Shown here: positions 32,912 through 44,371 of the stretch, one piece after another
Layout of the letters: each line of letters starts with the position of its first letter
Numbering within the stretch: the stretch's first letter is position 1
Origin: an uncultured Francisella sp.
GTDB lineage: Bacteria; Pseudomonadota; Gammaproteobacteria; Thiomicrospirales; Thiomicrospiraceae
Direction: 5' to 3'
Assembly: GCA_964416645.1 (NCBI GenBank)
Contig: CAYQEZ010000002.1
Coordinates: 2,444-66,443, forward strand
DNA: 64,000 nt
The notes under the pieces: model-generated
Told to the model about the DNA's origin: nothing
Databases searched by the model: none
What the model saw: the letters and a program-made list of their open reading frames with translations, nothing else
Position numbers and translations under genes: made by a program

Positions 32912-34432
32912 ATGGCTCATACCTTGGCACAAGTGTGGACGCGCGCGGAATTGGGTTTGGCATCGCCTGCGGTGATGGTGGAAGTGCATTTATCGAATGG
33001 TTTGCCCAGTTTAACGCTGGTAGGTTTGCCCGAATCGGCGGTGCGTGAAAGTAAGGATAGGGTGCGTAGTGCTTTGCTATCATCGGATGCGGATTACCCG
33101 ACCCGACGCATCACCATTAACCTAGCACCAGCCGACTTGCCCAAACATGGTGGTCGTTATGACTTACCCATTGCCATTGGCTTGTTGGCGGCATCGGGGC
33201 AGGTGCCGAGTGATCGGCTTGCGCAAACCGAATGGGTCGGTGAGTTGGGGCTGGATGGTGAGTTGCGTCCTGTCGCGGGTATTTTATCCGTAGCGATGGC
33301 AGTGAGTGAGTCGGGACGTACCTTGATTGTACCCAGCGAACAATTGGCGGTGTGTGCGGTCGTGCCTAACTTACGTGTGTTAGGGGCATCGCATTTGCGT
33401 GAGGTGATGGCTTTTTTAGCGGGAACAGGAACGTTACACACAGCCGATGGTCGCAGTTTGGCACAGGAAAATTTGCCACAGCCTGATTTAATTGAAGTGC
33501 GTGGTCAGGCAATGGGCAAGCGGGCGTTAGAAATTGCCGCTGCGGGTGGTCATAGTCTGCTATTGGTTGGTCCGCCAGGTAGTGGCAAAAGTATGCTGGC
33601 AACACGTATGGCGGGCATTTTACCGCCCTTGTCGGAAGTGCAACGTTTGCAGTCGGCGGCGATTCATTCGTTGGCCAGCTTACCCGTAGAGGCGATATTG
33701 GCGGGTCAGTTGCCTTTTCAAGCGCCTCATCATTCGGCATCGGCGGTTGCCTTAGTGGGAGGGGGTAGTAAACCCCGTCCTGGTGCGATTTCTATCGCCA
33801 CGCATGGTATTTTATTTTTAGATGAACTGACCGAATTCGACCGACGCACGCTGGAAATGCTGCGCGAGCCGTTAGAATCGGGGGAAGTGCGCATTGCACG
33901 GGCGGCTTATCAAGCGACTTACCCTGCCAATTTTATGCTCATTGCTGCGATGAATCCCTCGCCGAGCGGTTATTTTGCCGATGATCCTAAATGTCGCTCC
34001 ACTCCCGAACAAACGGCGCGTTATTTGGGTAAAATTTCAGGGCCTTTGTTAGACCGCATCGACTGTCAAGTGGAATTGCCTGCCGTTGAAGTGTCGGCTC
34101 TACAACAACTGCCCGATGGTGAGCCTAGTGCGGTGGTGGCACAACGTGTTGCTCAAGCCAGAGCCTTAGCGCAACAGCGTGGTAAACTGAATGCCGATTT
34201 AACGCCGCACGACTTGGATCAATTTGCCAGACTAGATGCAGCAGGCAAGAAACTGCTGGCGCAAGCGATGGAGCGATTTGGGCTTTCGGCACGTTCTTAT
34301 CATCGTATTTTGCGTGTTGCACGCAGTATTGCCGATTTAGCACAGAGTGAGTCGGTACAAAGCGCTCATTTAGCCGAAGCCTTAAGTTTACGCGCCTTAG
34401 AGCGTCGGTTGCATAAACTCGGTAATCAATGA
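32912..34432 (+). CDS. comM: Mg-chelatase-like AAA+ protein ComM/YifB
   Basis: Lon-like N-domain (VDLAPADLPKHGGRYDLPIA pattern), Walker A GPPGSGKS, FLDEL, C-terminal ChlI-like region. 506 aa, apparently intact. Confidence 0.93.
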   Translation: MAHTLAQVWTRAELGLASPAVMVEVHLSNGLPSLTLVGLPESAVRESKDRVRSALLSSDADYPTRRITINLAPADLPKHGGRYDLPIAIGLLAASGQVPSDRLAQTEWVGELGLDGELRPVAGILSVAMAVSESGRTLIVPSEQLAVCAVVPNLRVLGASHLREVMAFLAGTGTLHTADGRSLAQENLPQPDLIEVRGQAMGKRALEIAAAGGHSLLLVGPPGSGKSMLATRMAGILPPLSEVQRLQSAAIHSLASLPVEAILAGQLPFQAPHHSASAVALVGGGSKPRPGAISIATHGILFLDELTEFDRRTLEMLREPLESGEVRIARAAYQATYPANFMLIAAMNPSPSGYFADDPKCRSTPEQTARYLGKISGPLLDRIDCQVELPAVEVSALQQLPDGEPSAVVAQRVAQARALAQQRGKLNADLTPHDLDQFARLDAAGKKLLAQAMERFGLSARSYHRILRVARSIADLAQSESVQSAHLAEALSLRALERRLHKLGNQ

Positions 34433-34824
34433 AAGGAACATGCATGAATGATTGCGCGTTGAGTATGGCTGCTTTTTTGTTGGCGTTAGCGGTGGGGCTG
34501 GGTGCGTTTGGCGCTCATGCTTTGGCGAGTTTAGTGGATGCTAAGGCTTTAGCTAACTGGCAGACGGCGGTGCAGTATCACTTTATCCATGCGCTGGCGC
34601 TGTTGGTGCTAGCGGTATGGATGCGGCTCGGTGCGCCCAGCTATGTTGTTAAAGTCAGTTGGGGATTGGTGCTGGGTACGTTGCTCTTTTCAGGTAGTTT
34701 ATACGCCTATGTCTTAACGGCTTGGAAGCCGCTGGTGTTTTTCACACCCATTGGCGGCAGTGTTTGGTTGTTCACTTGGTTAGTGTTGGCTTGGTTGAGT
34801 GCGAAAAGCCGTCCAAACCACTAA
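34429..34824 (+). CDS. DUF423 (YgdD-like) membrane protein
   Basis: Four-helix membrane protein with GAFGAH and FSGSLY motifs typical of DUF423. ATGA overlap with comM. The ATG at 34444 is also possible. Confidence 0.8.
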   Translation: MKGTCMNDCALSMAAFLLALAVGLGAFGAHALASLVDAKALANWQTAVQYHFIHALALLVLAVWMRLGAPSYVVKVSWGLVLGTLLFSGSLYAYVLTAWKPLVFFTPIGGSVWLFTWLVLAWLSAKSRPNH

Positions 34825-35465
34825 GATTTTTCGTTGCGATTAATGGCATCTATGACTGGCAAGGGGTAACGATTAAAAATACTGCAAAAGAGTTCAGCTG
34901 TTTTCTGGGTATCGTACAAGGCACCGTGTGCTTGGTGATTGTCCCAACTCATACCCGAAAACATCGCCGCTTTCGCTAATACCGTTTGACCATAAACCAA
35001 GGCGCCAAGGGTAACGCTGTCGAGGGTGCTGAACTGATGAAACGGGCATTTGAGCTTGTTTCTTTCTGCCGCTGCTTTAACAAACGATAAGTCAAAAAAA
35101 GCATTGTGTCCGCATAAGATAGCGCGGGTGCAACCCGTTTCTTTCACCCGCTTTTGAATAGGGATGAAAATTTGTTCCATCGCTAGCTTTTCATCAATGG
35201 CTAAACGTAGCTGACTGTGTGGGTCGTAGCCTAAAAAGTCTTTAGCTGCTTGCTCAATATTTGCACCGGCAAAGGGTTTAACATGCGCATGAATGGTTTC
35301 ACCCGGCACTAACAGGCCGTCGCTATCAATATCTAAAATCACTGCTGCAATTTCTAATAAGGCATCGGTTTGTGGATTAAAACCACCCGTTTCGACATCG
35401 ATAACAACAGGTAAAAAACCGCGTACGCGGCGGGCAAGAGGGTGTTTTGGGTGTTTGGAACTCAT
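34821..35465 (-). CDS. rnt: Ribonuclease T
   Basis: DEDDh exonuclease motifs (VVIDVETGG, GHNAFFDLSF, HGALYD). Confidence 0.92.
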   Translation of the reverse strand: MSSKHPKHPLARRVRGFLPVVIDVETGGFNPQTDALLEIAAVILDIDSDGLLVPGETIHAHVKPFAGANIEQAAKDFLGYDPHSQLRLAIDEKLAMEQIFIPIQKRVKETGCTRAILCGHNAFFDLSFVKAAAERNKLKCPFHQFSTLDSVTLGALVYGQTVLAKAAMFSGMSWDNHQAHGALYDTQKTAELFCSIFNRYPLPVIDAINRNEKS

Positions 35466-36772
35466 GCTAGGGCTTTAGTAAACACCGCTGAACGACGCTG
35501 AAAGTTGTATAACTGAGCGCGCGCTTGCGGTAGGGTGGAAATATCAGTTTGGACGAAACCATGACGGATAAACCAATGCATGGTTTGTGTGGTGAGTAAA
35601 AAGAGTGATTGAATACCTTGTTGTTTGGCGCGACGTTCGATGTAACCCAGCAGTTTTGCACCACGCCCGCCGCGACGGTAGGTGTCGTCGATGGCAAAGG
35701 CGGCTAATTCGGCACTGTTGTTTTGTGGGTAAGGATATAAGGCTGCACAGCCAATAATGGCGCCGTCGCGTTCTAACACGCTGAAGTATTCAATTTCCAT
35801 TTCCAACTGTTCGCGTGGACGCTTCACTAACGCACCCGAGTTTTCGAGCGGTTCAAGTAACGACAAAATACCGCCTATGTCATCAATGCTGGCTTGGCGC
35901 ACCACATCATAATCATTTTGGTTAATCATGATGCCGACACCGTCACGGGTAAAGAGTTCAAGCAATAAAGCACCATCGAGCGTGCGGTCGAGTAGGTGTA
36001 CCCTGTCTACTTCACGAGCAGCTTTTAGGCTAGCATTGAGCAGCGAGCGGGTTGAGTCGGGTAATTCGGCTTGTGCTAGGAGTGTCGGCATGTCATTCGC
36101 AGAAAGTTCTGTTGGCAGTGCCGCACGTGCGGCAACAAGGTGTTCAGGGTCGGTCAGCCATAGCAGTTTATCGGCTTGCAGGGCAATCGCCGCTTCGACC
36201 GCTAACTCAATACTGGATAAGTTGAAAATGTCGCCAGTAATGGAGTAGGCTTGCGAGGTAAGTAATACAATATGTCCCATATTCAGCACCGCTTCAATGG
36301 GATCGGTTTCAATACGGCGCACCGTGCCGGTATGATGAAAGTCGATACCATCAATAATGCCCAGCGGTTTCGCCATTACCCAGTTGCCAGAGGAAACAAA
36401 CAGAGGGCGCACGGCATAACTTTGTTTGGCTTGTCCGCTAGAAAACCAAGACTCAATTTCGACCCGCATTTGCCCAACCGCTTGTGCCACAGCGGGCAGG
36501 TGTTCTTTACGCGTGATGCGAAGACCTTGATGGTATTGACACTCAAAACCTTGTGCGGCTAATTCTGCATCGATAAAGGGACGAGCACCTGCCACTAAAA
36601 CAATGCGTACATCGAGGCTTTGTAATAATGCCAAGTCTTGAATGAGCGGTAAAGCAGCATCACCATTTTGCAAAGCGGCACCGTCAAGGTAAATCACCAC
36701 TGTACTGTCACGATGCGCATTAAAATAAGGCGACGATTGACGGAAGGCTTGAACAAAATCGGCTGATGGCAT
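35462..36772 (-). CDS. argA: Amino-acid N-acetyltransferase (N-acetylglutamate synthase)
   Basis: Amino-acid-kinase fold N-domain (FVQAFRQSSPYFNAHR, VLVAGARP) plus a C-terminal GNAT domain (RRGGRG). Confidence 0.93.
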   Translation of the reverse strand: MPSADFVQAFRQSSPYFNAHRDSTVVIYLDGAALQNGDAALPLIQDLALLQSLDVRIVLVAGARPFIDAELAAQGFECQYHQGLRITRKEHLPAVAQAVGQMRVEIESWFSSGQAKQSYAVRPLFVSSGNWVMAKPLGIIDGIDFHHTGTVRRIETDPIEAVLNMGHIVLLTSQAYSITGDIFNLSSIELAVEAAIALQADKLLWLTDPEHLVAARAALPTELSANDMPTLLAQAELPDSTRSLLNASLKAAREVDRVHLLDRTLDGALLLELFTRDGVGIMINQNDYDVVRQASIDDIGGILSLLEPLENSGALVKRPREQLEMEIEYFSVLERDGAIIGCAALYPYPQNNSAELAAFAIDDTYRRGGRGAKLLGYIERRAKQQGIQSLFLLTTQTMHWFIRHGFVQTDISTLPQARAQLYNFQRRSAVFTKALA

Positions 36773-36842
36773 CTGGATACCTCTAAAACCCCATACATTT
36801 GGGGGGTGACTGGGCAGTATTTTGCCTCATTATACGCAGTGA

Positions 36843-36881
36843 GTTAAAACGCAACAACCCCGCACGATTGCGGGGTTGTTG
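36843..36881 (-). terminator. Rho-independent terminator downstream of prk
   Basis: 12-bp GC-rich stem CAACAACCCCGC/GCGGGGTTGTTG with a 6-nt loop, followed on the minus strand by GCGTTTT. Confidence 0.75.
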
Positions 36882-36904
36882 TTTGAATGGGGTCGGAAAA
36901 AGGC

Positions 36905-37771
36905 TTAAGCTGCGTTTTTCTGAGCAATCATGTTTTTGATTACAGGCGATAGCATCAAATCCATCACATCAATCATCTTTTGACCAGGAATCACCAAGGT
37001 GTCTGCTTTTTGTAAGAAAGCACCTTCCACTTGTTTGGCGATGCCAGCTAAGTCAATACCGTCCATGCGAACATGGCAAACAATTAAGCTTTCTTCTGGC
37101 TTAGGTACAGCCATACCACTGAATGGGTTGGCCGTATCCACTAAAGGTACACGGTGGAAGTTGATGTGGGTGCGATCAAACTGTGGTGTGATGTATTCGG
37201 CATAGTCAGGCATACGATCTAAAATGGTATCAACCACTTGCTGAACTGTGTAAGGGCGTTCAGAAGTATCACGATAGATTTTTTGAATCCATTCGATATT
37301 AACGCTAGGAACCACACCCACTAACAGATCAACGTGTTGTGCTACATTGGCCGTTTCAGTGACGACGCCACCATGTAGCCCTTCGTAGAACATAATGTCT
37401 GTGCCTGCTGGAATATCTTTCCATGGAGTAAAGCAGCCAGTGCCAACACCGTGATGCGCCGCTTCTTCATCGTTGTGAACATAGTAACGACGTTTGCCTG
37501 TGCCTGTTTCGCCGTATGTCTTGAACAACTCAGCTAATAAGTCGAAGTGGTTAGCATGTTCAGAGAAGTGAGTTAACACTTTACCTGTTTTACGTGATTC
37601 AGCAACTTTTTCACGCATTTCAGCACGCTCGTATTTGTGGAAGCTATCGCCTTCAACCACAGCAACATTTAAATTTTCACGAGCAAATACTTTTTCAAAT
37701 GCACGTTTAACGAAAGTAGTACCTGCACCAGACGAACCAGTGACCGAAACGACAGGATGTTTAACAGACAT
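36905..37771 (-). CDS. cbbP: Phosphoribulokinase
   Basis: P-loop VTGSSGAGTT and strong overall resemblance to bacterial octameric PRK (EGDSFH, EGLHGG). Confidence 0.92.
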   Translation of the reverse strand: MSVKHPVVSVTGSSGAGTTFVKRAFEKVFARENLNVAVVEGDSFHKYERAEMREKVAESRKTGKVLTHFSEHANHFDLLAELFKTYGETGTGKRRYYVHNDEEAAHHGVGTGCFTPWKDIPAGTDIMFYEGLHGGVVTETANVAQHVDLLVGVVPSVNIEWIQKIYRDTSERPYTVQQVVDTILDRMPDYAEYITPQFDRTHINFHRVPLVDTANPFSGMAVPKPEESLIVCHVRMDGIDLAGIAKQVEGAFLQKADTLVIPGQKMIDVMDLMLSPVIKNMIAQKNAA

Positions 37772-37808
37772 GAAAGGTCTCCTTAATAATTAAAACTTAT
37801 ATTCTCTA

Positions 37809-37844
37809 AAACATTTAACTCCCCACCTATTTTAATGGTGGGAG
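37809..37844 (-). terminator. Candidate terminator downstream of gyrB
   Basis: Minus strand reads CTCCCACC-ATTAAAATA-GGTGGGGAG (8 bp with one bulge), followed by TTAAATGTTTT. Confidence 0.4.
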
Positions 37845-37936
37845 CTGTGGAGGGAGGCGCTACAATCTTGGTTTTTCATGCTGTAACAAAAGCCTCCTTC
37901 CAGAGGTTAACTAATTGATATTTAAGCTGGTAAAGC

Positions 37937-40387
<2,451 letters not shown>

Positions 40388-40438
40388 CTAAACTTCATGA
40401 TTATAACACGGTTGGGCTTTTGGTGTTCTTTTACCTGC

Positions 40439-40460
40439 TTGCTTGAGTGAAATCAAGCAA
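40439..40460. promoter_or_regulatory. Inverted repeat upstream of fabA (candidate operator)
   Basis: TTGCTTGA-GTGAAA-TCAAGCAA (8-bp perfect arms), 64 nt upstream of the fabA ATG. Confidence 0.25.
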
Positions 40461-40523
40461 AGCGTTTTGCTTCCTGATATAATTACAGAAATATTTTTAT
40501 AAGACTCAGGGTTAATAAGCGAC

Positions 40524-41042
40524 ATGTCTAACCGTCCTTCTAGTTTATCGAGAGAAGACCTGCTAAGTTGCGGGCGTGGTGAAATGTTTGGAATCGGCAA
40601 TCCGCAGTTGCCATTACCGCCAATGCTGATGTTTGATCGCATTACCCATATTTCCGAAGAAGGTGGTCTGTTCGATAAGGGTGAAATCCGAGCTGAGTTG
40701 GATGTGTCATCTGATTTGTGGTTCTTTGATTGTCACTTTCAAGGTGACCCTGTTATGCCAGGTTGTTTAGGCTTGGATGCTATGTGGCAATTGATTGGAT
40801 TTTACCTAGGGTGGGCTGGCGGCGAAGGTCGCGGTCGTGCATTGGGTGCGGGCGAAGTTAAGTTTTATGGACAGGTGTTGCCAACGGCAAAAACAGTTCG
40901 TTACCAGATTGATATGAAGCGAGTCATTAAACGCAAGCTTTTTATGGGCTTGGCCGATGCAAAGTTATTTGTTGATGATCGTGAAATTTATTCGGCGACA
41001 GATCTTAAAGTAGGTTTGTTCCAGTCAACCGAAAACTTTTAA
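40524..41042 (+). CDS. fabA: 3-hydroxydecanoyl-ACP dehydratase/isomerase
   Basis: FabA signature ([34 protein letters not shown]). Confidence 0.95.
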   Translation: MSNRPSSLSREDLLSCGRGEMFGIGNPQLPLPPMLMFDRITHISEEGGLFDKGEIRAELDVSSDLWFFDCHFQGDPVMPGCLGLDAMWQLIGFYLGWAGGEGRGRALGAGEVKFYGQVLPTAKTVRYQIDMKRVIKRKLFMGLADAKLFVDDREIYSATDLKVGLFQSTENF

Positions 41043-41051
41043 GGAGTGAGC

Positions 41052-42260
41052 ATGCGTCGTGTTGTCATTACAGGCTTGGGTATCGTCAGTAGTTTAGGTA
41101 ATGATGCAGCTACAGTGGCGTCGCATTTACGCGAAGGCAAAAGCGGTATTAAGTTTCAACCCGCTTACGCGGAGCGTGGTTTTCGTACCAACGTAGAAGG
41201 TGCGATTAACGTTGATTTAGATCAGATTGATCGCAAACATCGCCGTTTTATGGGGGATGCGGCTGCTTATGCGTATTTGTCGATGCAACAGGCTATTGTT
41301 GATAGCGGTTTGACTGCTGAGCAATTATCTAATCCGCGCACAGGCTTAATTGCAGGTTCGGGTGGTGCTTCCAATCAAAACTTGATCGAAGCGAATGCGA
41401 TTATGGCGGAAAAAGGCGTTAAGCGTATTGGTCCATACATGGTGCCACGTACCATGGGTTCGACGGTTTCAGCCTGTTTGGCGACGCCTTTCGAAATCAA
41501 AGGGGTGAACTATTCTATTTCTTCGGCTTGTGCGACTTCTGCTCATTGTATTGGTAACGCCTACGAGCTGATTCAGCTGGGTAAGCAAGATGTGGTGTTT
41601 GCTGGTGGTGGTGAAGAGTTACACTGGTCGCAGACCATGTTGTTTGATGCCATGGGTGCATTATCCAGCAAGTATAATGAAATGCCTGAAACGGCCTCTC
41701 GTGCTTACTCGGCTGACCGTGATGGTTTCGTTATTTCAGGTGGCGGCGGTATGGTTGTGGTCGAGGCATTGGATCATGCGCTGGCGCGTGGCGCTAAAAT
41801 TTACGGTGAAATTGTTGGCTATGGCGCCACTTCAGACGGTTATGACATGGTAGCGCCTTCTGGAGAGGGTGCGATCCGTTGTATGCAAATGGCGATGTCT
41901 ACTGTCGATGGTTCAATCGACTATATTAACACGCACGGCACCTCAACGCCCGTAGGCGATACGAAAGAAGCAGGTGGTATCAAGGCTGTGTTTGGTGATG
42001 CTATTCCACGCATTAGCTCAACCAAGTCGATGTCTGGTCACTCATTAGGTGCGGCGGGTGTGCATGAAATGATTTATTGTTTGTTGATGATGCAGGGTGA
42101 TTTTATTGCGCCGTCCATTAACATCACCGAGTTAGATGAGTCAGTCGCCGATATGCCGATTGTGCGTGAGCGTCAGGACAATGCGGGTTTGCAGCGTATT
42201 ATGTCGAATAGTTTCGGTTTTGGTGGGACAAATGCGACTTTAGTAGTGCAACGCTATTAA
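41052..42260 (+). CDS. fabB: 3-oxoacyl-ACP synthase I
   Basis: [14 protein letters not shown], active-site [28 protein letters not shown] lies 5 nt upstream of the ATG at 41052. Confidence 0.95.
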   Translation: MRRVVITGLGIVSSLGNDAATVASHLREGKSGIKFQPAYAERGFRTNVEGAINVDLDQIDRKHRRFMGDAAAYAYLSMQQAIVDSGLTAEQLSNPRTGLIAGSGGASNQNLIEANAIMAEKGVKRIGPYMVPRTMGSTVSACLATPFEIKGVNYSISSACATSAHCIGNAYELIQLGKQDVVFAGGGEELHWSQTMLFDAMGALSSKYNEMPETASRAYSADRDGFVISGGGGMVVVEALDHALARGAKIYGEIVGYGATSDGYDMVAPSGEGAIRCMQMAMSTVDGSIDYINTHGTSTPVGDTKEAGGIKAVFGDAIPRISSTKSMSGHSLGAAGVHEMIYCLLMMQGDFIAPSINITELDESVADMPIVRERQDNAGLQRIMSNSFGFGGTNATLVVQRY

Positions 42261-42281
42261 TTGAGGATATTTTCGTGTATT

Positions 42282-42307
42282 AAAACCAGCTTATGCTGGT
42301 TTTTTTA
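42282..42307. terminator. Bidirectional rho-independent terminator
   Basis: AAAACCAGC-TTAT-GCTGGTTTTTTT between convergent fabB and the lipoprotein gene. Confidence 0.75.
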
Positions 42308-42324
42308 TGGCAATGCTGAGTTGT

Positions 42325-43011
42325 TTACAGATGACCGTTGCTTTTTAACAAAGCCACAATCTCGTTATTACAACTTCGTAATTGCTGATCATAGCGAATG
42401 GCACGATCTTGCACTTGGTCAGCAACGGTCAGCAACCAAGTCTTGTTATGGTAAGTGCCCATGCTATAACCGGTAATGCCTTCATGATAGGCGAGGTAGA
42501 GTTCACGTACTTGGTTGCCTTGTAGGCCAATTCGCTTATTGGCATTGCTGTTATACCAACCAATAAAGTCAAGTGCATCGCTCATATTGCTGCGATGTGC
42601 TTGATAGTTGCCTGTGCTTTTTACGTAATCGCCCCAAGTGCCATCTAGCGCTTGTGCGTAACCAAAAGCACTACTGGTTTTGTTGGAAAAAATGGTGGTA
42701 CTGGTTTTGGGGCTGGCATTAGCGACAAAACGAGATTCTTGGTAGATAAAAGCGAATTTAACCGCCACAGGAGTTCCCCAGCGTCGCTGGCTTTGTAATG
42801 CATCACGATACCAAACAGGATTATCGCGGAAAATCTCGCATAGATTCTCATGCGCACCACGGCGCAACGGATTGCTAGGCGTAATTTGTACATTTTTTCC
42901 ATAGCTAACGGAGCTGGCTTTTTGCGGTGCAGAGCATCCATTCAGTAGTAGCAAACCGATGCTACAACTAAGACAGCTAAACCATAAGCGCAAGCTGGTT
43001 TTTTTTGCCAT
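42325..43011 (-). CDS. Lipoprotein, lytic-transglycosylase-like (tentative)
   Basis: Lipobox LLLNGC. The central ES...GYAQALDGTW pattern resembles SLT-type glycosylase motifs. Family call is tentative. Confidence 0.6.
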   Translation of the reverse strand: MAKKTSLRLWFSCLSCSIGLLLLNGCSAPQKASSVSYGKNVQITPSNPLRRGAHENLCEIFRDNPVWYRDALQSQRRWGTPVAVKFAFIYQESRFVANASPKTSTTIFSNKTSSAFGYAQALDGTWGDYVKSTGNYQAHRSNMSDALDFIGWYNSNANKRIGLQGNQVRELYLAYHEGITGYSMGTYHNKTWLLTVADQVQDRAIRYDQQLRSCNNEIVALLKSNGHL

Positions 43012-43094
43012 GTCGTACCTCCAATCAATACCTTATGTACGATGACAGCCAGTGAGTACAAAAAAGATGCAACCCATGATGGTGGATATGGAAA

Positions 43095-44306
43095 TTAGTG
43101 ACTCGAATCCAACTCGGCTTGTCCTAATAAGGCTTGAACAAAACTTTCTGCATTAAAAGGGCGCAGGTCTTCTGCTTGTTCGCCAATACCAATATAACGA
43201 ATAGGAAGTCCTAGCTGAGAAGCTAAAGCAAAGATGATGCCACCTTTAGCGGTTCCATCCAGTTTTGTCAGAATGATGCCAGTTAAACCAACAGCAGCAT
43301 TAAATTCTTTTGCTTGATTAATGGCATTTTGTCCAGTGGTGGCGTCAATGACTAACCACACTTCATGCGGAGCAGAATCATCTAATTTGTTCATCACTCG
43401 ATGAATTTTTTTCAGCTCACTCATGAGGTGACCTTGGGTGTGTAACCTGCCAGCTGTGTCGCCAATCATCACATCGACTTTGCGCGCTTGGGCAGCAGAG
43501 AGGGCATCATAGAGCACGCTAGCTGGGTCGGCATCTTGTCCTTGCGCGATGACAGCTACGTTATGACGATCACCCCATGTTTTAATTTGTTCGACAGCAG
43601 CAGCGCGAAAGGTATCGCCTGCTGCTAATAACAGTTGCTTTTTTTGTTGTAAAAAATGATGAGAAAGTTTGGCAATGGTGGTTGTTTTACCAACACCATT
43701 GACACCCACCATGAGGATAACGCGCGGTTTTCCCTGTGGAATGGTTTCTGGGCGTTGTTGAGCCTTAAGCAATAGCTCTGTCATGATGCTTCCCAGTGCT
43801 GTGTGTAGGTCTTCACCTGCTTTAAGTTTGCGCTGCTGTAATTGTTCTAGTAGGTAATCGGTCGTGTCTAAACCAACATCAGCCGATAATAATAGGGTTT
43901 CAAGCTCATCACGGGTGTCGGCATCGAGTTTAATTTTGCCAGTCAATAAACTTTTGAGCCCTGAGCCAAGTTTTTCACGCGTTCGTGCAAGTTGGTTCCA
44001 TAAACGCGAAAAAAAGCCTTGTTTGGGCGCTTCAGTTGGCGTTTCGATCGTGGCGATTAATTGAGGAGCGAGTTCGACTTCAGCCTTCGGCGTTGTTTCG
44101 CTGGGGATCTGCTGAACTTCTGATAATGCTGTCGTGGGGGGTACAGCTGCTGAAAGAGATGGCTTCGCCTCAGGAGCATCCGCCACAGTATCAGCGATGC
44201 TCGTGCTGGTTTCGTGAGCTTGTTCAGACGATGTTGCATGAACATCCGTTGGTGCTTCACTGGGGGCGGGCGTTTCGGTTTTTTTACGTTTGAAAATTGA
44301 CCACAT
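43095..44306 (-). CDS. ftsY: Signal recognition particle receptor FtsY
   Basis: Acidic or low-complexity N-terminus, then an NG domain (GVNGVGKTTT, DTAGR, TKLDG). Confidence 0.95.
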   Translation of the reverse strand: MWSIFKRKKTETPAPSEAPTDVHATSSEQAHETSTSIADTVADAPEAKPSLSAAVPPTTALSEVQQIPSETTPKAEVELAPQLIATIETPTEAPKQGFFSRLWNQLARTREKLGSGLKSLLTGKIKLDADTRDELETLLLSADVGLDTTDYLLEQLQQRKLKAGEDLHTALGSIMTELLLKAQQRPETIPQGKPRVILMVGVNGVGKTTTIAKLSHHFLQQKKQLLLAAGDTFRAAAVEQIKTWGDRHNVAVIAQGQDADPASVLYDALSAAQARKVDVMIGDTAGRLHTQGHLMSELKKIHRVMNKLDDSAPHEVWLVIDATTGQNAINQAKEFNAAVGLTGIILTKLDGTAKGGIIFALASQLGLPIRYIGIGEQAEDLRPFNAESFVQALLGQAELDSSH

Positions 44307-44371
44307 ATCATTTACTCTAACAAAGTTGTGTAATCATAAGTGCTCGTTTGCACAGACTCAAGGAGCTAATC

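Noticed and set aside
34821-34824. Convergent genes with overlapping stop codons (CTAA shared by rnt and the DUF423 gene). Also a 3-nt gap between convergent speE and bioA (11136/11140).
   Set aside because: This reflects general genome compaction. No structure or signal is attached to it.
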